64,000 nt of DNA from Candidatus Subterrananammoxibius californiae (GTDB lineage Bacteria; Planctomycetota; Brocadiia; Brocadiales; Subterrananammoxibiaceae): contig JAURAC010000001.1 in the NCBI GenBank assembly GCA_030586555.1, positions 64,001-128,000 of the forward strand. The letters are read 5' to 3'. Below are positions 57,595 through 64,000 of this stretch, piece after piece; position 1 is the stretch's first letter, and each line of letters starts with the position of its first letter. The notes beneath the pieces were generated by a model that had not been told where the DNA came from, made no database searches, and worked only from the letters and a program-made list of their open reading frames with translations. A program made the position numbers and the translations under genes.

Positions 57595-58663
57595 TCCGTT
57601 TAACTCTATGAAGGCTCTTATGTGGAGGGAGCAGCTGGAAGGCATTGCCAGGCAAAAATTCCTGCCCCCGGTAACTGTAGATACCGACCCCACCAATCGG
57701 TGCAATTATGAATGTATTTGGTGCAATGCATTTGACTACATGGCTGGAAGTAAACACACACTATCAGAGTCACATTTGCTTAAACTGGCTGATTTTTATA
57801 AGGAATGGGGTGTACATTCTACCTGTATTGCAGGTGGTGGCGAGCCGCTTCTGAACCCTGGCTTGAATGCTTTTTTAGAGCGACTTCATCATAATGGCAT
57901 AGAAGCTGGCGTAATTACAAATGGGTCAATGATGACGGATGATAACATTGATGTCATAGCACGGACTTGCCGCTGGTGCGGTTTTTCAGTTGATGCCGGC
58001 ACGCCAGAAACCTATACAAAAGTAAAGGGGTTCAAGGAAAAGAAATTCTTCAACAAGGTTATTGAGAATATTAGAAAGCTAACTAAAAAAGTTAGTGATT
58101 TGGAAACACATTGCGATGTTGCATTTAAATTTTTATTACATACCTTGAATGCAGAAGAGATTTTTGAGGCAGCAAAAATTGCAAAATCAATTAAAGTAAG
58201 AGATTTCCATCTGCGCCCCGTAGGTTGGGACAACCTCACGGTTACAAGGGACAAGGGCACGATTTCATTTGATAACCTCATGGAAAATATCAATAAACAA
58301 ATTGGTGCCGCTATGGGTCTGGAAGACGAGAATTTCCATTTTTACGGTATTCGACACAAATTTAATCCTAACCTTAAGAGGAAAATCAATTTTTCTCGTT
58401 GTTGGGCTCCACCGCTTCTTGCCACCTTCGGGGCGGATGGGAAATGTCACCTTTGTTTTGATATGCGCGGAAGAAAGGACCTCATTCTTTGCAGTCATGA
58501 CCCGGACCCACGGGAGATATTAAAGGTCTGGGGGTCTCAATTTCACAAAGATATGATTGCTAAGATAGACCCAAAAACATGCCCCAGATGCACATTCGGT
58601 CCTTACAATGAGATAGTGGAACAGGTGTTCATCAAAGATGGCATGTGCCGTTATTTCCCTTAA
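57569..58663 (+). CDS. Radical SAM protein with C-terminal Cys-rich (SPASM/twitch-like) domain
   Basis: CNYECIWC (CxxxCxxC), GGGEP, C-terminal CW..C..CPRC. Confidence 0.9.
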   Translation: MKEWTNQYNPFNSMKALMWREQLEGIARQKFLPPVTVDTDPTNRCNYECIWCNAFDYMAGSKHTLSESHLLKLADFYKEWGVHSTCIAGGGEPLLNPGLNAFLERLHHNGIEAGVITNGSMMTDDNIDVIARTCRWCGFSVDAGTPETYTKVKGFKEKKFFNKVIENIRKLTKKVSDLETHCDVAFKFLLHTLNAEEIFEAAKIAKSIKVRDFHLRPVGWDNLTVTRDKGTISFDNLMENINKQIGAAMGLEDENFHFYGIRHKFNPNLKRKINFSRCWAPPLLATFGADGKCHLCFDMRGRKDLILCSHDPDPREILKVWGSQFHKDMIAKIDPKTCPRCTFGPYNEIVEQVFIKDGMCRYFP

Positions 58664-58681
58664 TCTGAACAATAGGGTGCT

Positions 58682-59503
58682 ATGAATATAGCAGTTAAAC
58701 TTGGCAGTATTAAAGAACTTGAACTTCTTTTACATTACCATGGGCATATTAAAATCTTTGAGTTACCAGCAAAGCTCATAAAAGAGAAATCATTAATTGG
58801 CAAGCTTATGAGTTATGGCTATATTTTCAATGTGCATGGCATTACGATGTATTCAGCTGACATGGCAAATCTCCTAATTGACAAAACTCAACATTACCTT
58901 CAATTATGTAATGAACTCGGCTGTTATAATTTCATACTTCACGGCTTAGTTATAAAAGATTCGATATACTCCTCTAATAACAGTGCATTAATTGATATGA
59001 CATTGAGGACGCTTGATACAATTAAAGATTATGCAGTGAAATTTGGCATCAGCTGTTTTTTAGAAAACGGATGTTATTCAAAATCTCTTTCTGCTCAGGT
59101 TTACGAAATTCCTTCGGACCCTTATTGCCATCTTAAACTTGCGCAAACCCTTCAAATGGGTATAGTACTTGACCTTGGGCACGCTGCTCTTTCGGCTCGG
59201 TGGTATGGACAAAAATTGGATGATTTTCTTTTGCCATATATACAAGCTTCCCATTTACCTGATATTATCCATTTATCGGACAATTTTCTTGAAAATGATG
59301 AGCACCTTGCAATTGGCGAAGGTAGGGCTGACCTCGAAAGCTTCCGCCAAGCTATTGCACTTTGGCCTGAATCCTTGTTGACTGTTGAAAATTTTCCGGA
59401 TGAGATTCATAAAAGTCTGAGCTGGTTGGTAGAATGTTTAAACAATGGATATACAAAATCAGATATTGATGAGCTTTGCAGATGTACGGGATGGAAGTTC
59501 TGA
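58682..59503 (+). CDS. Sugar phosphate isomerase/epimerase-like TIM barrel (AP endonuclease 2 family)
   Basis: LEN, LDLGH, IHLSDN, EHLAIGEG motifs. Confidence 0.8.
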   Translation: MNIAVKLGSIKELELLLHYHGHIKIFELPAKLIKEKSLIGKLMSYGYIFNVHGITMYSADMANLLIDKTQHYLQLCNELGCYNFILHGLVIKDSIYSSNNSALIDMTLRTLDTIKDYAVKFGISCFLENGCYSKSLSAQVYEIPSDPYCHLKLAQTLQMGIVLDLGHAALSARWYGQKLDDFLLPYIQASHLPDIIHLSDNFLENDEHLAIGEGRADLESFRQAIALWPESLLTVENFPDEIHKSLSWLVECLNNGYTKSDIDELCRCTGWKF

Positions 59504-59514
59504 AAGAAGCCAAA

Positions 59515-60720
59515 ATGGACGTTAAAGATAACATTAAAGGCGTATTGAGGAAAGCGCCTCGAATATACCGGTTATGTGCCTGCTGGGCACAAACCAGGCT
59601 TATAGAAAAAGAGCAGTTGTATTACGAACAAAAAGCTGTTGAGCTTGGTCTCTCAAGGGATTTCTCAATTAAAGAAATCAAGCAGCAGCTTAAGGAAAAG
59701 CTGTCTAAAAGGAACATTTTCATTAAACCAAAACTAAAAGAAGACTTGCATATTGTTTACGCATTGCCTGACGAGTCTTACTGGAACACCTTACACATTG
59801 TGCCAGCCCTTAAGGAGTTTGCTACAGTAACAACTTATTGTTATTCAGAATACGGATTTAATGACAATATGCATGGATGGTTACCTGTTCGCGATAAAAT
59901 GAATTCGCATTTTATGGATTTCATTAAGCAATTGCACAAGAAAAAACACATAGACCTTATCCTTACCTACTTTGCTGGTAAGCATGTGTACTGCAGTACC
60001 GTAGAATCTCTTAATAACATGGGGATAGTAACAGCTGCATCTCATTACGATGATCGCTTATACTTTAGAGGCAGGCTTGAGGGAGGGTGTTGGTCTGGAC
60101 CAGTAGATGTGTGCAAGTTCTATGATTTAAACCTTACGCAGGCGCCTGAATCTTTAATCAAATATCGAGTTGAAGGAGGTATTGCCATGTTATGGCCGCT
60201 GGCTGCAAATCAGGGTTTCTTTTACCCAAGGGGCACCCCTTTCCACTACGATGTGTCTTTTGTTGGTACTGCAAAAGCAAGCCGCAGGCATTTCATTGAG
60301 TACCTTTTTAAAAAAGGTATTAAAGTTGAAACATTTGGCGCTGGTTGGCACAATGGCACTATTTCAAACGAAAAGGTACCAGAGATTTTTTCTTCCTCAA
60401 AGATTAACTTAAACTTCGGAAACATCGGTCATACCCCCCATCAATGCGGTAAATGCAGGGATTTTGAAATCCCCATGTCAGGTGGACTTATGTTGACTAC
60501 TCACAACGAACACTTGGCAGATTGTTTTGAGCTTAATAAAGACATATTCACCTTCAGAAACAAGGAAGAATGTTTGGAACAGATTCATCGCCTCCTTGCT
60601 GACGAAGCCCTGTGCGAGAGGGCAAGAAAAAACGCCAGAGAGAGAGCCCTTAAAGAACATACATGGGAGCAAAGGATTAAGTCTTTGTTACAGGTGATGG
60701 GGTACATACAGCAGGAGTAA
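59515..60720 (+). CDS. Glycosyltransferase (CgeB-like / Glyco_trans_1_2)
   Basis: YDVSFVG, SSKINLN, RDFEIPMSGG, EHTWEQR; start could be 59482 or 59491. Confidence 0.88.
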   Translation: MDVKDNIKGVLRKAPRIYRLCACWAQTRLIEKEQLYYEQKAVELGLSRDFSIKEIKQQLKEKLSKRNIFIKPKLKEDLHIVYALPDESYWNTLHIVPALKEFATVTTYCYSEYGFNDNMHGWLPVRDKMNSHFMDFIKQLHKKKHIDLILTYFAGKHVYCSTVESLNNMGIVTAASHYDDRLYFRGRLEGGCWSGPVDVCKFYDLNLTQAPESLIKYRVEGGIAMLWPLAANQGFFYPRGTPFHYDVSFVGTAKASRRHFIEYLFKKGIKVETFGAGWHNGTISNEKVPEIFSSSKINLNFGNIGHTPHQCGKCRDFEIPMSGGLMLTTHNEHLADCFELNKDIFTFRNKEECLEQIHRLLADEALCERARKNARERALKEHTWEQRIKSLLQVMGYIQQE

Positions 60721-60768
60721 TTCTGTTTAATACCTTAGCCTTATAATAAATTTGTTTATTTTAGCAAA

Positions 60769-61569
60769 ATGCATGGACTAAAAACATATATTAGACGAAA
60801 CCGCAGGTTATATAAATTGTGCGCGTTTCTTTTCAACATGGTACTGCCGTTGTACCCGCCTGAATTTTTTAAAGCATTAGGTGGATATTTTAGGTTTGGT
60901 AGAGATGTTGTCAGATATTTTTGCATGGAAGGCGCGGAACCATTTAATCTTCTTAATTTGCGACCTTTGGTAAAAGATTGGACAAACGTAACCCCGGTAA
61001 ACGAAAATTATTTCTACCAGGATACTTGGGCTGCTGGAAAGATTATTAAAGATGCCCCAGAGTTTCATGTGGATATTGGCTCTACCGTTTTGTTTGTTGG
61101 CATCTTATCGAAAATAACACGTATTTGCAGTGTGGATGTCCGTCCCTTACCGGTGCGGCTGGAAAATTTGGAATGTAGAGAAGGTAGTATCTTGGAGCTC
61201 CCTTTTGAAGATGGAGAGATATTTTCCCTGTCTTCTCTTTGTGTGTTAGAGCACATCGGACTTGGCCGATATGGTGACTCTTTGGACCCTTTAGGAACTT
61301 GCAAAGCAGCACAAGAACTATCTCGTGTTCTTGGGGAAGGTGGTAATTTATATGTTTCTGCACCTATTGGAGAAAGCTCGATATACTTCAATGCGTACAG
61401 GGTATTTGAACCAGAAAATTTTGTTTCAATGTTTCGAGGCTTCGAGGTAGTAGATACATTGTTTATATTAAACGATAGAGTTTGCACAATGGACGAGTAT
61501 ACGAAATTTAATAAACCTTCTTATAACAACAGGGTAATAGTAGGTTGTTTCCATTTCGTCAAGCGTTAG
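60769..61569 (+). CDS. DUF268-type methyltransferase-like protein
   Basis: YFYQDTWAA, HVDIGS, LEHIGLGRYGD.LDP.G. Confidence 0.8.
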   Translation: MHGLKTYIRRNRRLYKLCAFLFNMVLPLYPPEFFKALGGYFRFGRDVVRYFCMEGAEPFNLLNLRPLVKDWTNVTPVNENYFYQDTWAAGKIIKDAPEFHVDIGSTVLFVGILSKITRICSVDVRPLPVRLENLECREGSILELPFEDGEIFSLSSLCVLEHIGLGRYGDSLDPLGTCKAAQELSRVLGEGGNLYVSAPIGESSIYFNAYRVFEPENFVSMFRGFEVVDTLFILNDRVCTMDEYTKFNKPSYNNRVIVGCFHFVKR

Positions 61570-61664
61570 ACCTGCTGATTCAGGAATGCGAAGAATTGCG
61601 TTCCTTTATCGCGAAAAGTCTCATTGTTACAAGGGTAAGGAAGAAGACCGAATTGAAATGTTAA
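61563..61664 (+). pseudogene. C-terminal remnant resembling a four-helix-bundle (23S rRNA IVP/Avd-like) protein
   Basis: Manual translation ALDLLIQECEELRSFIAKSLIVTRVRKK; followed by TTGAAAT heptamers; no start codon. Confidence 0.4.
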
Positions 61665-61685
61665 TTGCTGATTTCACAATTTGAA

Positions 61686-63233
61686 ATGAATAAGTCTATT
61701 AAGATAACAGGTAGCCTGCTGGCAAAAAATACCGCCCTGAATTTCTTCGCTCAGATTGTACCCCTCATTGTAGCGCTGGTTACAATCCCTTATGTCATTC
61801 ATGGCTTGGGTACGGAGCGCTTTGGGATTCTATCTCTGATATGGGTCGTTATTGGGTATTTCAGTATTCTCAACATGGGTCTGGGACAAGCCACAACAAA
61901 GTTTGTAGCAGAGGCATTGGGAAAGGAGGAAACAGAGCGCATCCCTGCAATTGTCTGGACGTCACTAACCTCTCAGCTTTTACTTGGTGTTTTGGGTTGT
62001 ATTATTTTAGTTCTGGCAACGCCCACCCTTGTCGAGCGGGTTTTGAACATACCTCCTGATTTTATAGAAGAGGCTAAAAATACATTCTACATTTTAAGTC
62101 TCTCTATTCCGATTGTTATATGTTCTGCATCCTTGAACGGGGTACTGGAGGCGGCACAACGTTTCGATCTGGTTAATGCAGTTACAGTTCCTTCGAGTTG
62201 TTTAAATTTTTTACTCCCTGCAATTGGGATTTTTTTGGATTTAAAATTGCCGGGTATTGTTATTTTACTGCTTATTTTACGTGCAGCCACATTAGGGGTT
62301 TATTTAATACTATGTTTTCGTGTTTATCCAAAGATAAGACAGGTTTTATTGATAGATACAAAGATGCTTCGTCCTCTATTTTCATTTGGAGGATGGGTAA
62401 CTATCAGCAGTATCCTGATTCCAATATTGGTGTATATCGATCGTTTTTTTATAGGAGCGCTTTATACTATAGCCGCTGTGGGTTATTATAGCGTTTCCTA
62501 CGATATGGTTTCCCGTCTTACGATTTTTTCAAGGAGCTTCTCCGCAACATTATTTCCTGCATTTAGTACCATAGAATCGGATAAGGACAAACTTAAACAG
62601 CTTTATGCCCGTAGTTTTAAGTACATACTTCTGATTATGGGACCTATTGTTCTTGTCCTTATTATTTTCGCAGGCGACATTCTCCATGTGTGGCTTGGAG
62701 GCGATTGGGCATCGGAGACAACTCTGGTCTTTCAAATCCTTGCCATTGGCATGCTGATTGACGGCTTATCACGAATGCCAGCTAATCTCTTTGACGGAAT
62801 TGGACGTGCTGACCTGAGAGCGAAAATTTATCTTCTGAGTGTCTTTATATATGTTGGGTTGGCTTGGTTTCTGATTAGCAAGATGGGTATTATGGGGGCA
62901 GCCTTAGCATGGACATTACGTGCATGTTTAGAACTTTCCCTATTCTTTAGTGTAGCCTGGAAAGTTATACGCTTAAAGCGCGCTATTTTTATGGAAAATG
63001 GAATACTTCGGGGAGTAATGGCGTATGGGGGACTTGTTGCAATAACATTATTTGTAATCGTAATACTTGGCAAAACACTATTAATTCAAAGCATTGTAAC
63101 TACGATATGTCTTTCACTTTTCGCATTGGTTACATGGAGATATGTTCTTGATGTGGAAGATAAACAACCTTTGTTCTTGGCGATAAAGAGAACAAGGGGA
63201 TGGGGATATAGGTTAAATGAATTTGCAAAGTAA
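61686..63233 (+). CDS. wzx: Oligosaccharide flippase
   Basis: LAKNTALN..., LG.ERFG, MGLGQATTKF, IDRFFIG, LFPAFS; many TM helices. Confidence 0.9.
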   Translation: MNKSIKITGSLLAKNTALNFFAQIVPLIVALVTIPYVIHGLGTERFGILSLIWVVIGYFSILNMGLGQATTKFVAEALGKEETERIPAIVWTSLTSQLLLGVLGCIILVLATPTLVERVLNIPPDFIEEAKNTFYILSLSIPIVICSASLNGVLEAAQRFDLVNAVTVPSSCLNFLLPAIGIFLDLKLPGIVILLLILRAATLGVYLILCFRVYPKIRQVLLIDTKMLRPLFSFGGWVTISSILIPILVYIDRFFIGALYTIAAVGYYSVSYDMVSRLTIFSRSFSATLFPAFSTIESDKDKLKQLYARSFKYILLIMGPIVLVLIIFAGDILHVWLGGDWASETTLVFQILAIGMLIDGLSRMPANLFDGIGRADLRAKIYLLSVFIYVGLAWFLISKMGIMGAALAWTLRACLELSLFFSVAWKVIRLKRAIFMENGILRGVMAYGGLVAITLFVIVILGKTLLIQSIVTTICLSLFALVTWRYVLDVEDKQPLFLAIKRTRGWGYRLNEFAK

Positions 63234-64000
63234 TTTGGCGTTGAAGTTTTTTAACATGGGTATCAAAAAATACAGTAGATTTCGTATCTTAATACAATCC
63301 TTCATTGCATGGAGTCCCTTTCTGGTCACGATATTTAATGAGACGCTAAGAATCAGGCGGTGGAGGTCACTTCAATCAGTATTGAGGTTATTTGGGTCTA
63401 CCCTTCCAAATCCAATAGATGTCGAAGGACATATTTTGTTTCATCATTCAGATGACATTAACACTACGATAGGTTTAGGCGTTGGAGACTATGAACCTGA
63501 GGTCAGGAAGACTGTTACCCAGTTTCTTAGTCCCGGGACGACGATGATAGACGCAGGCGCTAACATTGGATACTATACCTTGCTTGCGGCTCGTGCGGTG
63601 GGACCTCAAGGTCACGTATATGCGTTTGAGCCGGCGCCATCTACGGTGGAATTGTTAAGAAAGAATGTAGATGTTAATGGATATAGCGGCAGAGTTACGG
63701 TCGTACCAAAAGCTATAACGAACAAAAGCTCAAAGGTTCGCATTTTTCTTGACTATGTACACTCTGGTACTTCAAGTATGTTTTCTGATGGTCTTGCAAA
63801 AGACGCTGTGGAGGTTGAAGGTGTAAGCCTGGATGAGTTCTTTTCCAGCAAGGGTTGGCCACCTATTAATATAATTAAAATGGATATAGAGGGAGCAGAG
63901 AAACTTGCCTTAGAGGGGATGAGAGAACTTGTCCGAAGAAACCAAGGACTAAAACTCATTATAGAGGTGAATTTAAGTTTCAGTGTTGAGGAGCTTTTTG
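63217..64000 (+). CDS. FkbM-family methyltransferase, truncated by the window end
   Basis: Manual translation: YEP, IDAGANIGYY, VYAFEP, IKMDIEGAE. Confidence 0.9.
   Translation, partial: MNLQSNLALKFFNMGIKKYSRFRILIQSFIAWSPFLVTIFNETLRIRRWRSLQSVLRLFGSTLPNPIDVEGHILFHHSDDINTTIGLGVGDYEPEVRKTVTQFLSPGTTMIDAGANIGYYTLLAARAVGPQGHVYAFEPAPSTVELLRKNVDVNGYSGRVTVVPKAITNKSSKVRIFLDYVHSGTSSMFSDGLAKDAVEVEGVSLDEFFSSKGWPPINIIKMDIEGAEKLALEGMRELVRRNQGLKLIIEVNLSFSVEELF

Noticed and set aside
411..63959. Numerous antisense and alternative-frame ORFs in the track (e.g. 411-869, 3700-4083, 37080-37619, 63753-63959)
   Set aside because: They overlap well-supported genes and show no recognisable motifs; treated as shadow ORFs.
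1..64000. CRISPR array, tRNA, rRNA, transposase or reverse transcriptase
   Set aside because: Repeats are dispersed or short tandem with no repeat-spacer periodicity; no RNA-gene or transposase/RT motifs were recognised by eye.

Overview
Chromosomal, moderately AT-rich bacterial window. It resembles an anaerobic Planctomycetota (Ca. Brocadiales-like) genome, but that is inference from gene style, not a lookup. Housekeeping genes (proC, lysS, hom, polyprenyl synthetase, polX, dacB, serA, folD, nadA, hemB, plsY) are interleaved with accessory blocks. These are: (i) a 2.2-kb array of small toxin-antitoxin-type genes between proC and lysS, in which toxins are mostly broken and antitoxins intact; (ii) three tandem GT-C (ArnT/PMT-like) paralogs; (iii) five tandem secreted paralogs carrying six copies of an unrecognised domain with a Dx[DN]xDG motif; (iv) an 11-kb two-component/sigma54 signalling island; (v) the first 16 kb of a Wzx/Wza/Wzc polysaccharide locus. 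The most striking cross-cutting signal is a dense population of short palindromic (REP-like) and 7-8-nt tandem repeats of several families. They lie between genes, supply stop codons, nest inside one another and repeatedly sit in frame inside proteins (Hom, HemB, LysS, DacB, a sensor kinase, GT-C paralogs, an activase, a ligase). Three candidate structured non-coding RNAs/leaders and one MITE were also seen. No rRNA, tRNA, CRISPR array or transposase gene was recognised. Family names come from motif recognition by eye and were not confirmed by database search.
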